From Bradymonadia bacterium (GTDB taxonomy: Bacteria > Myxococcota_A > Bradymonadia > UBA7976 > UBA1532): a DNA stretch of 64,000 nucleotides. The notes under the pieces were generated by a model. The model saw only the letters and a list, made by a program, of their open reading frames with translations, had not been told where the DNA came from and did no database searches. Shown here one piece after another: positions 30,301 through 39,262 of the stretch. The stretch's first letter is position 1. The number at the start of each line of letters is the position of its first letter. The DNA is taken from positions 1 through 64,000 of the forward strand of contig JBKAGE010000055.1 in NCBI GenBank assembly GCA_046290225.1. Direction: 5' to 3'. Position numbers and translations under genes: made by a program.

Positions 30301-32104
30301 GCCCAAGATGGTTGAGCAGGCGCCCGAGGCCCACCCGGGCAGAGAGCGAAGCCGGATCGAGGGCCAGTGCCTGACGCCAGAGGGCCTCTGCCCGCTGCAG
30401 GTGGCCGCGGCGCCGGGCCCGGTGGCCCACCTGGGAGAGCCGAGCGGCCTGGCGGGCAGGATCTCGCTCCGTAGGCGACGTCGCGCCCCACGCCAGGGCC
30501 CACTCCAGCCAGGACTCTTCATCGCCGGCGCGCTCGCTGAGCAACATCAGCGCGTGCATGGCCTCGGGATCTGCCTGACGCAGGTCGAGCACCTGACGCC
30601 ACCAGGCCGTCGCCTCCTCTGGGCGGCCTTCGGTCCACTGCAGGCGCTCCGCCAGACGGCGACGGGCAAGGCAGGCCACATCCTCTTCGGCATACTCGGC
30701 GAGCGTGTGCAACGCAGCGCGGGGGATCTCGCCGAGTGTCCCACGGCGACGGAGCACGTCTCCAAGCAACGCCCACGTGGCTCGAGCAGCGGCAGGCGTG
30801 CTCGAGGTGTCGACGAGCAGCTTCAACGTGTCGTCGATGGGGGCATCTCCGCTCGTGCCGAGGCGGGCGCGACGCACCGCCGCGGCAGACAGCGCCCACG
30901 CCCCCTGCACCTCGGGGTGATCCACGCGGGAGATCATGGCCTCGGTGGACTCGGCCAGCGTCTCGAAGTCGTCCTGACGGATCGCGAGGCGTCGCAGAGC
31001 CGCCCACGCCGGCAGGCATTCTTCGTCCGCGGCGACGGCGCGCTCGTAAATGCGTGTGGCGCCGTGATCTCCCGCGCGCTCCCGGGCGAGACCTGCCCGA
31101 TAGTACAGCAGGGCCTCCAAGGGACCCTCTGCGCGCTCCGCCAGCGCCTCCAGGCACTGAGCGCCCTTGGACCATGCGCCCTGGGCCTCGTAGATGGTGG
31201 CCAGCATCTCCAGCGCCCACGGCACCTCGGCAAGGGTGTGGGCGGCCCCCTCCAGAGCCGAGGCCAGCTGTGGATCTGCCGCCCGTTGAGGATCGAGCCT
31301 CGCCTCGAGCAGAGCCAGCATGGCGCGGGCCTCCGCAGCGTGGGCGCGGCTACGGGCCTCCGAGAAGGCGCTGAGCAACCCTTCCCCGCCCTGCTCAGCG
31401 CCAGCGCCGGCCTGGATCAACATCTGAAGCGCCTCTCGGGACAACCCCGCACTGGGATCGGCGAGCCACGCCTGTTCTAGATGACGGATCGCCGTGGCGA
31501 TCTGGCCCGGGCCCTGGAGGCCACCGATGGCCATGTGCAGTCTGGCCTTCAGCGGGCCTTGGGGCAGTCGCTCCAGGCGATGGCCCAGGAGCGCCAGCCA
31601 CGATGTACGATCTTCGGGCTCGGTCACGGCGGCGAGGCGCCACCAGCACAGCGCACTCTCGGGATCCCGTGCGAGGGCTTCCCGCAGGGATTCACCAGAG
31701 GCCTCTCGATGACCGGCCTCTTGAAGCCGTATGCCGTGCTCCACCAGCAAATCTGCGGTCCCCGGCACATCGAGGCCCATCAGCTCTTCGATGGCATGTG
31801 TGTTGGCGTGCACATCTCCCTGCTGGCGGCTCACGTGGAGCTGGGCGCGCCTCAGCTCCGTGTGGCGTGCCCCCGCAGAGGTCTCCAGCATGGCCGTCAG
31901 GGCCTGCTCCGCAGCCACAGGCTCGTCGAGTGTGCGGGCGAGAATCGCCCCTCGATCCAGAGCCAGAGTGATGGGATCACCCACCTGAGCCTCCACCGCC
32001 TGCTCGAGGCGCTTCAAGCGACGTCGCCAGTCCATGGCTTCGCCGTGATCAGCCATCAGCTCGGGGCTCAGGCCTTCGAGGGCCGTCCATGCAGCAGCGC
32101 TCAC
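27344..32104 (-). CDS. Giant TPR-repeat protein (1586 aa), myxobacterial type
   Basis: Repeated A...(Y/W)..AL..DP....A...L.RL helical repeats; GTGA overlap with the upstream TPR gene. Confidence 0.8.
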   Translation of the reverse strand: MSAAAWTALEGLSPELMADHGEAMDWRRRLKRLEQAVEAQVGDPITLALDRGAILARTLDEPVAAEQALTAMLETSAGARHTELRRAQLHVSRQQGDVHANTHAIEELMGLDVPGTADLLVEHGIRLQEAGHREASGESLREALARDPESALCWWRLAAVTEPEDRTSWLALLGHRLERLPQGPLKARLHMAIGGLQGPGQIATAIRHLEQAWLADPSAGLSREALQMLIQAGAGAEQGGEGLLSAFSEARSRAHAAEARAMLALLEARLDPQRAADPQLASALEGAAHTLAEVPWALEMLATIYEAQGAWSKGAQCLEALAERAEGPLEALLYYRAGLARERAGDHGATRIYERAVAADEECLPAWAALRRLAIRQDDFETLAESTEAMISRVDHPEVQGAWALSAAAVRRARLGTSGDAPIDDTLKLLVDTSSTPAAARATWALLGDVLRRRGTLGEIPRAALHTLAEYAEEDVACLARRRLAERLQWTEGRPEEATAWWRQVLDLRQADPEAMHALMLLSERAGDEESWLEWALAWGATSPTERDPARQAARLSQVGHRARRRGHLQRAEALWRQALALDPASLSARVGLGRLLNHLGRWHDLAAFHEEELASLPEGDLRTLPLLSQLANLYAYHLEEETLAAGAFEALLAAAPERFDAQLGLERIYDRQQRVEALQRVLEVRAAQSVNPVEQAVSWLTIAEQAWVHELSTDGIGPRLQAVTGFVDALPSGQWPLLRAAICADSGDATLLRALAALDPAAAHLAARNGAVLWSTVVDNWPRDLDAQWAELAHETPREAMHDRLNALAAEVESDEDRHVIRTVAAALSDGRSRTERSALWRGVLALEPEDEQAWGAIVSAAVQGVVPDDLGRLARHARDSEVKGVIFWLAGLWAEAQGDLPLASRHFSSAHRISPSDPVPPWLMLQTTGADERPPGARAALLEQMAQAFDDPQLAAEALTEAAHLWSTLVGDSTRALATYRRALKRNPKAEAAFEGALTLTAESGDPQTRADLLRVRATEVDDRERRRSMLQEAARIVLEELSDSAGARDILKTLLEYEPDDVQAWRRVANLARTLGDLNEALHCLERLTELTDSPETLAALHREMGHLLYTEAHEPWAAIEQFEQALELQSGDRETLLALAAIREQSGDPLGALSAWERLAVIDPVGTQGEVHQARHRLTSALVEPEALDILDTLQTRPLDIDYSPASEAVTDAMDALGVERTPAPATQLPQVTFEPLLTPAITEAPEMAALMHTAGLEVAESMTELSADLPVDPRTPAAWRSLIETHEIAQDDVAVHWMSSVLAWIEGAEAPDKLRCARATRLLPEVLRERALPDAIPRPLGRMLRLLSTEIGNFFLSGVGEIAAHPVEDPTWGGAVRHWAQALRPPPVLALVSPALSGDLHLQGHAPVALMVSEAHLESESEGALDALAVAALIPVVEGLRPAFTLDDATFEAWLSVVLDQIDAQAASERAPVEIGAGIPGMHPHTIDTRLINRREELIQVAQTTRRLMHGRGGALIRRGLQDYHRRLVLALSHDVMWALSWLTTDPDVSAEEEARRTEDLLRFAASPHCLAIRRWLSAAE

Positions 32105-35100
32105 GCTCTCACCTCCTCAGCGTGCTCTTGGGCCGTCGGCGCCTGATCGCGCCAGTGGGTGTAGTCTCCGCAGACCAGAAAACGCGCCAGGTCAGGGCCG
32201 TCGGCGGCAGCCTCCAGGGCCACGAGCGGATCCCCCGTGGTCACCATGGCCACTCTGTCGGCCCCTTGGCGGGCCGCCTGAGCGAGGGCAGAGAAATCCG
32301 GGGGGGCGCCGTCGAGGGCCTCGATGGCCTCTTGGATCACGCGGCGACTGCGCCGCGGCAGCAGACCCGCTCTGATCTCCAGGCGCTCGATGGTCCGTGG
32401 CGAGACCCCTTCCAGAGCCACCGTTGCAGTCCAGGGCAAATCGGGTCGCAGGGCGCCGATCACCACCGCCGCCGCTTCGGCGATTAACTGGGGCCCCACC
32501 TGCTCCAGGAGCACGAGGTGCGCCCGAAGACCTTCGAGGTTCCGGGCGAGTTCGAATCGCTCCCGAGATCCAGGCGCATTGAGCAGGCGACCGGCGCCGA
32601 TGATGAGGGCTGGCTCTGGTGTCAACGTCGACTCCAGGGCTCTGGGTCGAGCCCCGCACTTGAAGAGCCCAGGGGCCACCCCGGCGAGGTCGAGCCGATC
32701 ACAGGCCTGGCGGCAGGCCATGGACCACGGGCCTCCCTCGGTCATCGACAACCGAACCAGGCCTTCTGGGGGCGTGGGGGCGAGGACCTCCACGAGGACC
32801 AGAGCCAGGGCATCGAACAGAGCCCTGGTGGGCCCGCCCATGGCCTCAGGGTAGAGCCCCGCCCGGGCTTCAGCATCGAGGCGCGTCGGGGTCATGGGGA
32901 GCATGAACGTCGAGGGTGCGCGCTCTCCCTGCCCTGCGGACTCGATCCATCGGAGCACCGTCTGAGCCAGGGCGAGGGGCTCTGCACCATCCCAGCGTGT
33001 GGACGTCCAGCGGCGGATCCGCACCACTGAAGCCATCACCGCTGCATCCATCGGGGCGCTCCACAGTCGGCTCAGCAACAGCTCGTGGGCCCCACGGACA
33101 GCCCGCTCCACCGGGGCCATGGGTACAGCCTCCTCCGGGAGCGCGCCGAGGGCTTCGAACATGCGCCACGCCGACGAGAGCGCTGATGGGTCATGGGTCA
33201 AGGCTCGGCAGAACCAGCCCGCGGCGAGGCGGTGATCACCCTGTAGGCGCTCAGCGAGCTCTCCGAGGGCATGGGCCCTGCGGGATTGCTCCTGAGGTAC
33301 CTGACACTGGCGATACAGCCGCCCGTAGAGCGCCTGTACCTCGGGCCAGTCGCCCTCAGCCGCCGTGAGCCTGATCAGGTGCTCCCAATCTGCCACCGGC
33401 GCGCCTTCGTCAGTGTCCAGGACCGCCCGCATACACGCCCGGGCAGCGGCGATCTCACCCGAAGCCTCGAGGCGCTCTGCCAGAGCGCGCCCCGCCTGTA
33501 CCCTCAGCGGCCCCTCGGCAGCGCCGAGCACCTTGGCCAGCCAGCGGGTGGCCTCGTGAGGTGCCTCCGCTCGATCGGCGAGTTGAGCGGCCTCCCAGGC
33601 CCCTCGGACATCGTCGGGATGGGCATCGAGCCACTGAGACCACAGCGCCAGCGCCTCTTGGGGGGCGTGCAATCGCTCGTCGTAGATCCGGGCCATCTGG
33701 GCCAGCCATCCACGCCGGGCCTGCGTCCGATCTTCCGCGCGGTCAAATCGCCTCTGCAGCAGATGGATCAGACCGCGCCAGTCCTGCTCCGCCTCCATCA
33801 GGGATTGCAGAGCCAGCCAGGCGGGCTCCAGCTCGGGATCCAGATCCACGGCCTGAGCGAGGAGGGGGCGAATCGTCGCTGAAGGCAAGCCCTCTGTATG
33901 GGCCTCTGCAGCGAGGCGGCCCAGCAGTCGAGCCCCCTCTGCGGCGGGGAAAACGGGCACCAACCCCCTGCCCAGGCGCACCATCTCCACGATGTCACCC
34001 CGCCCTTGCGCCAGACGGAACAACGCCAGCCGGGGGCTCACCGACTCCGGATCCAGGGCCAGGCAGGCCTCTGCCGCTTCGATGATGCCTTCAGCATCAC
34101 CGGCGTCTTCGTAGAGGAACAGTCGCTTGGACCAGAGGGCTTGACGCTCTTGTCGATCGGCATGGGCCAGGCGAGCAGCCATGGCCTCTTGAGCCGCTTC
34201 TACCTGGCCTGCCTCGAGGGCCGCCTCAAGGGCGATCTCGAAGAGCGGCCGCTCGGCCACCGCCTTGAGGCCCGGCGTGCCCAGGCTCTGAACGACCTGG
34301 GATTTTTCTGAAGCCCCCAACCCGGTACACAGCGCCTCGAGGGCATGGTCTGAGGTGTCAGCGCCCTGCCCTGCGGCATGTATGTCGGCGATGAACCCGG
34401 AGGACTCGGTGAACCCAGAGGCGACAGGCACCCCCTGCACCCACGGCGACAGCGCCGCGTGCATGGCAGGCGGCAAGGCCTCGAGTTGAGCCAGGGCGCC
34501 CTGCTGATCGCCATGGCGCATGTGCAACATGATGGACACAGTGCGCAGCCACGCCGCGGTGGCGCCCTCGGCGTCACCTTCCAGGGCGTCACTCACGAGT
34601 TCGTGGGCCGCGTGCGGGCGCTCCGTAGCCAGGAGCGCATCAGCAGCCATCAGGGACAACGGACCCAACTCTGCGGCGGGGAGCGTGGTCAGGGCGCCGA
34701 CTCGGCCCAGACGGATCGCCGTGCGGATCAAGCCGTCGTAGGCCATGATGGACGAGGGCGCCGCCCGCACCAGGGCCTGGTACATCTCGTGGGCCTCTGC
34801 TGCCCCCCCTGCTGGATCTCCTTCCACCTCTTGTAGACACGCGCCATAGAGCCCTTGCACCCACCTGGACAGGGTCGCCTCACCGCCGAAGGCGCGCCAT
34901 CGGGCCTCCACCGCTGCGGGCCAGTGTCCCAGGCGCTCGAAGACCTCCGCGGCGTGCACCAGGACCTGATGCTCGGTGGAAGGCTGCTCCAGGATCTGAT
35001 GACAGCGTTTTGCCGTGGCGCCATCGTCTTCAGTGGCGAGGGCCCTCAGCTTCACGATGCGGCTCAGCAACTCTCCACGGGCCGCTTCTCCCTCGAGGCT

Positions 35101-37050
35101 CTCCAGGGCTTCTTCGTACAGCGTGACCAGCCCTCGCCAGTCCTCCGCAGCCTCCAGCGCCGACTCCACAGCGACGAAGGCTGAATCGAGATCCGGAGAC
35201 AGCCGCAGCGCGCGGCGATCGTAGGCCAGGGCTGACTGCGGATCAGCGAGCTCGACCTCGCACAAGCGAGCCACTCGAAAAGCTCTCTGGGACGCCACTG
35301 CCCGCATCGAGTGCGCCTCTGCGCGACCCGCCTCGTCGTCCGACAGCTGATCGATGCGGGCCTCTACGAGATCGAGCTCTTCGTCGAAGCGGGCCCTGAT
35401 CTCCGACCAGCGGCCTTGCTGAACGCTCAATCGGCCCAGTGCGGCCAGCGCCGGCGTAAATCCCGGAAGCGCTGTGAGGGCCCGCTGGAAGTCATCCACC
35501 GCCTCTTCCTCGAGGCCCAGCTGATGATCGGCGATCAGCCCACGCTCGTACCAGGCCCTGGCCTGACCCTGCGGTGCCCCAGCCACTGTGCCCAAACGGG
35601 CGAGGATCTGACGCTGTAGTCCGTGAGCGCCCTGGCGATGGGCGAGGGCGTTGAGGCGATCGAGCAGATACACATCCGTGGGCAGCAGATCCGCGGCGGC
35701 GCGGCCAGCTTCCAGAGCCTCGTCGAGCCGATCCATGCGCTCCAGCGCCCACATGCGCCGGGCGTGCCAGCGACCGCGGACCTCTGCATGACCCTCCGGG
35801 CCACACTGGGCCAGCCCCATATTCGCGGCAGTGAGCACCAGCGCCGGATCACCACCATGGGCCACCACCCAGTCCACCGCCGCAGAGGTGCCAGGACCTG
35901 ACTGTACTGCCTCCAGCAGGTGCTCTACGTGGCTCTGGCGCTCTACGTGTTGAGCGTGCCCAGTACCAAGGGCAAAGAGCGATTCCAAAATACCGAGTCG
36001 ACGCAGGCGCTGCCCACCAGCGTTGCGCATCAGCATCTCTGCAGCCTGCTGCCGATGATCACGGGCGCCGAGCAGTGCGAGGGCCAATGCAGGCGCGGCC
36101 CCATGAGTGCCCCGGGCACCTTCCGCCCACATGCCCGTAGCCCGCGCCTCTTCTTCGAGGCTGAGCGCCAGACCACCGGCCCGCAGCAGGGCGCCAGGCT
36201 GGCCTCCTCGGCGGACCAGCAAGCTCATGGCCTCTTCGTGATCCCCCCGCTCCACCAGAAGCTCCACCAGGGCCCATAAGGGCGCGCCCTGATCAGGCGA
36301 CTCCTCTACAGCGCGGCTCAGGGCGTGGTGGGCCAGGGCGAAGTCTTCGGTCAGATGGGCCGAGACCAGCCCCATGGCATACAGAATGTGGGCCCGCCGC
36401 GGACCGCCACCGGCGGCGGCCTCCCGACCCAACATGTCGATGAGGGCCGCGATCCGGTCAGCCCGTGGTCGAGCCATGGACCAACCCTCCGAGCGGGTGG
36501 TCACCGCAGTGATCTCGGTGGACTCGAGGATCAACCCCTCCTCAACCTCGATCTCCCCCTCAGCTCGCTCTGAAGCAGTCTCGTCGGCCAGCGCCTCGGC
36601 CTCGGAGGCCTCTGCGGGCATCTCCGGCACAGGCATGGCCTTGGGCAAATGTGTGTTTTCTGGTGGCGGAGACAGCAAGGGCGTGGGCACCTCTGCAGCC
36701 ACTGGCTCTGGCAGTAACGCCGGTTGGGGCAGCGCCTCGGTGATCAGCGGGGGCTCGAAGACCACCTCGGTCCACAACTCGTCGTCCCAGGCCGAGGGGG
36801 CCTGAGCCCCACCCTCTGGGGGCAACAACCCCCGCTCGGTCTTCTGCGTTTCGGCCTGCCCGCGAGCGAAGGGATCAACGGGGGCCTCAGCCCTCACTGT
36901 CTCGCCCTGCGCGCTCTGCATCACCACCCCTGGGGGCGTTTCGTCCAGTGTGGCCCACAAATCGGGCCCTTCACTCTCGGGGTTCGGTGATTGTTCGAGG
37001 GCCCTTTCGCTCTGCTTGCGGGCCAGAATGTGCGGTGGGGGGGTGTCCAT
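32101..37050 (-). CDS. Giant TPR-repeat protein (~1650 aa) with Pro/Glu-rich N-terminus
   Basis: Same TPR repeat style; AGGAG RBS before ATG 37050. Confidence 0.8.
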   Translation of the reverse strand: MDTPPPHILARKQSERALEQSPNPESEGPDLWATLDETPPGVVMQSAQGETVRAEAPVDPFARGQAETQKTERGLLPPEGGAQAPSAWDDELWTEVVFEPPLITEALPQPALLPEPVAAEVPTPLLSPPPENTHLPKAMPVPEMPAEASEAEALADETASERAEGEIEVEEGLILESTEITAVTTRSEGWSMARPRADRIAALIDMLGREAAAGGGPRRAHILYAMGLVSAHLTEDFALAHHALSRAVEESPDQGAPLWALVELLVERGDHEEAMSLLVRRGGQPGALLRAGGLALSLEEEARATGMWAEGARGTHGAAPALALALLGARDHRQQAAEMLMRNAGGQRLRRLGILESLFALGTGHAQHVERQSHVEHLLEAVQSGPGTSAAVDWVVAHGGDPALVLTAANMGLAQCGPEGHAEVRGRWHARRMWALERMDRLDEALEAGRAAADLLPTDVYLLDRLNALAHRQGAHGLQRQILARLGTVAGAPQGQARAWYERGLIADHQLGLEEEAVDDFQRALTALPGFTPALAALGRLSVQQGRWSEIRARFDEELDLVEARIDQLSDDEAGRAEAHSMRAVASQRAFRVARLCEVELADPQSALAYDRRALRLSPDLDSAFVAVESALEAAEDWRGLVTLYEEALESLEGEAARGELLSRIVKLRALATEDDGATAKRCHQILEQPSTEHQVLVHAAEVFERLGHWPAAVEARWRAFGGEATLSRWVQGLYGACLQEVEGDPAGGAAEAHEMYQALVRAAPSSIMAYDGLIRTAIRLGRVGALTTLPAAELGPLSLMAADALLATERPHAAHELVSDALEGDAEGATAAWLRTVSIMLHMRHGDQQGALAQLEALPPAMHAALSPWVQGVPVASGFTESSGFIADIHAAGQGADTSDHALEALCTGLGASEKSQVVQSLGTPGLKAVAERPLFEIALEAALEAGQVEAAQEAMAARLAHADRQERQALWSKRLFLYEDAGDAEGIIEAAEACLALDPESVSPRLALFRLAQGRGDIVEMVRLGRGLVPVFPAAEGARLLGRLAAEAHTEGLPSATIRPLLAQAVDLDPELEPAWLALQSLMEAEQDWRGLIHLLQRRFDRAEDRTQARRGWLAQMARIYDERLHAPQEALALWSQWLDAHPDDVRGAWEAAQLADRAEAPHEATRWLAKVLGAAEGPLRVQAGRALAERLEASGEIAAARACMRAVLDTDEGAPVADWEHLIRLTAAEGDWPEVQALYGRLYRQCQVPQEQSRRAHALGELAERLQGDHRLAAGWFCRALTHDPSALSSAWRMFEALGALPEEAVPMAPVERAVRGAHELLLSRLWSAPMDAAVMASVVRIRRWTSTRWDGAEPLALAQTVLRWIESAGQGERAPSTFMLPMTPTRLDAEARAGLYPEAMGGPTRALFDALALVLVEVLAPTPPEGLVRLSMTEGGPWSMACRQACDRLDLAGVAPGLFKCGARPRALESTLTPEPALIIGAGRLLNAPGSRERFELARNLEGLRAHLVLLEQVGPQLIAEAAAVVIGALRPDLPWTATVALEGVSPRTIERLEIRAGLLPRRSRRVIQEAIEALDGAPPDFSALAQAARQGADRVAMVTTGDPLVALEAAADGPDLARFLVCGDYTHWRDQAPTAQEHAEEVRA

Positions 37051-37205
37051 CAACGCTCCTCGAGGCCAGCCTGAGAGCCGGACCTGGGCAGGTCTCCGGC
37101 TTTCTCATCGGCAAGATGGCCTTGGGGAGTGAGTCAAATCGGCGAGAAAGTCGCCAGATAAGTCGGCAGCACTCAGCAGGTGCTCACCCAGCGCTCAGCA
37201 GGCAC

Positions 37206-38750
37206 TCACCAGCGGATGTCCAGGCGACCCATGGCCTTCCAGAGCGAGTCCGGCGCCACAGCCCCTTCGAGGGCTGCACCGGGGAGCAACACCCCGCCTT
37301 GAGCCCCCAGCGAGACAGTGCCCACATCGGGCACCGACAGGGCGTAGGATACCGCCCCGTCGAACTCCACACCGTAGAACCGCTCCGAGGCCTGACCCAG
37401 GTGATTCCTCGGGGTGCCGCCGGCGTCAAAGGTGGCCACCGGATCCACCAACCGCTCTGCAGCCCAGGACAAGAGCGTCGCCCCGGTGAGGGTCCAGGCC
37501 CCCGGGCGCCAGGTGACGCCAGGGAAGATATAAAACGCGTTGTGCACCGCACCGTCAGTGGGCAAGTGCTCATCACCCGGCGCAGCCACCCCGACCCGCT
37601 CGAGATCAGCGAGGCGCTCGGCGCTGCGGAGCGAGATGAGCCGCAGGGCATCTTGGAACAGGATGAAGCCCACCCGGTAGTCGGGATCGAAGCGGGCTTG
37701 CCTGATCTCGTCATCGTCGGCGTCGGAATCGCCGGAGGCGTAGCCCATCTCCAACCCGAGGGCCAGCCGGGGGCATCGCCAGGCGATCTCCGCCCGAGCC
37801 ACCCAACCGAGGCCATCGATGTCCACCTCGCCGGTGCGACTCGCCGGCTGGAATCGGTCTGTCGAGCCGTCGAGGTAGATCAGCTCACCCTGAATCTTCA
37901 GCTCGGCGTTGATCGGGTACAGCGGCGCCAGCCAGCGGGCGTAGACATCTACAGACCACAGATCGAGACGATCTCCATCGGCGTCATCTTGGAAGCGGCG
38001 GGTGACGTACACCCCCGACGTCCATTCTTCGCCGGGATACATCAGAGCCCCGAAGAGGTGATACCCCCGATCGCCATCGAGCCAGCTCGCCTCCTCGTCC
38101 TGATAGACCTGATCAGCACCAAAGCTGAGCTGAACATCGCCCCAGGGGCCATAGGTCAGCCACGAGAGGGGCGCCACCGAGACTTGTGCACGCTGCACCA
38201 GATCACCGTTCCAGCGATCACCGAACCGCTCCACCCAACGGGCGTCGCCTTCAGGCTCATCGTGGCCATCGGCGTAGAGCACGCCCATGCCCCAGGCGAA
38301 ACCCATCTGCCCGAGGCGCACCTCGAGCCAGGGCAGGCGCCACTCCAACCAGAGCAAGCGCGGCTCCACCGTGGTCCAGCCACTGGTGTTGTTCTCCGGA
38401 TCGCCTGAGCGCCGCTCGACGTACTCCGCCCCCACCGGCTGAGTGTCGCCGAAGATCTGCCCGGTGAGCACATCCATCTGAATGCGGAACTCGAAGTTTC
38501 CGGCGTCGAGGGTGGGATCGATGCGCAGGCGGTGGGTGCCATAGCTACGCTGCCCGGTCTCGGTCCCCTGCTCGTCGAGGGGGAGCTCGCCGATGTTCAC
38601 CGTGCGCAAGCGGTAGCTGCCCGGCGTCGTCCACTGCACCCTGCCCTCGGCACCAGAGAGGGGCGTGATGCCAACAGCGGCGCCGAGCAGCGCAGAGCAG
38701 GCCAGGACCGAGGCACGATCCGTGAGGGCTTTCGTCGAAGGGCAGCGCAT
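37206..38750 (-). CDS. Outer-membrane beta-barrel protein
   Basis: Signal peptide, amphipathic beta strands, GQMGFAWGMG, GYASGD, terminal aromatic (LDIRW). The track ORF to 38966 overlaps the tRNA, so the start was moved to ATG 38750. Confidence 0.75.
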   Translation of the reverse strand: MRCPSTKALTDRASVLACSALLGAAVGITPLSGAEGRVQWTTPGSYRLRTVNIGELPLDEQGTETGQRSYGTHRLRIDPTLDAGNFEFRIQMDVLTGQIFGDTQPVGAEYVERRSGDPENNTSGWTTVEPRLLWLEWRLPWLEVRLGQMGFAWGMGVLYADGHDEPEGDARWVERFGDRWNGDLVQRAQVSVAPLSWLTYGPWGDVQLSFGADQVYQDEEASWLDGDRGYHLFGALMYPGEEWTSGVYVTRRFQDDADGDRLDLWSVDVYARWLAPLYPINAELKIQGELIYLDGSTDRFQPASRTGEVDIDGLGWVARAEIAWRCPRLALGLEMGYASGDSDADDDEIRQARFDPDYRVGFILFQDALRLISLRSAERLADLERVGVAAPGDEHLPTDGAVHNAFYIFPGVTWRPGAWTLTGATLLSWAAERLVDPVATFDAGGTPRNHLGQASERFYGVEFDGAVSYALSVPDVGTVSLGAQGGVLLPGAALEGAVAPDSLWKAMGRLDIRW

Positions 38751-38868
38751 CACCGCATGGACACCATCTGGGCTCGTCAGCCCTCGAGTTGAGAGAGGCC
38801 CCCGAGATTTGCCGGCGGTCGAGTGCAATATCAACAAAAAGCTTCTTGAGGCTGCCTCATCTTTTTTG

Positions 38869-38897
38869 TTGACTCGTGCACGCCCCTCTCCTAAAAC
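38869..38897 (+). promoter_or_regulatory. Putative sigma70 promoter of tRNA-Leu(CAG)
   Basis: TTGACT-17 nt-TAAAAC, 16 nt upstream of the tRNA. Confidence 0.55.
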
Positions 38898-38913
38898 CCG
38901 CGTCACGCCAGAC

Positions 38914-38997
<84 letters not shown>

Positions 38998-39010
38998 CCG
39001 CCGATGGCGC

Positions 39011-39049
39011 AAAACCCTCCAGCAGGTCCAACCCGCTGGGGGGTTTTTT
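39011..39049 (+). terminator. Intrinsic terminator after tRNA-Leu(CAG)
   Basis: AAAACCCTCCAGC...GCTGGGGGGTTTTTT hairpin with T tract. Confidence 0.75.
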
Positions 39050-39159
39050 ATTTCCGTGCGCCGTAACTGCCCTCACTTCACTCTTCGATCTGCCGTCATC
39101 GGCGCATCATTAAGAGGTCCTAACATAACGGCGGACCGAGTCAGGGAGGAGAGGCGCAA

Positions 39160-39225
39160 GTGAGACTGTCGAAAGACCCGCAGGCGGGCCCAGAGGCCCG
39201 TCGAGGACGCTTTCGGCAGTATCAC
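39160..39225. repeat. 66-bp REP-like hairpin between convergent genes
   Basis: GTGAGACTGTCGAAAG / CTTTCGGCAGTATCAC arms (14 of 16 complementary) with inner GCGGGCC-CAGA-GGCCCGT. Confidence 0.55.
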
Positions 39226-39262
39226 GAAGTGCATCACCTTCCTGGCGACGGGAGCAGTTATG

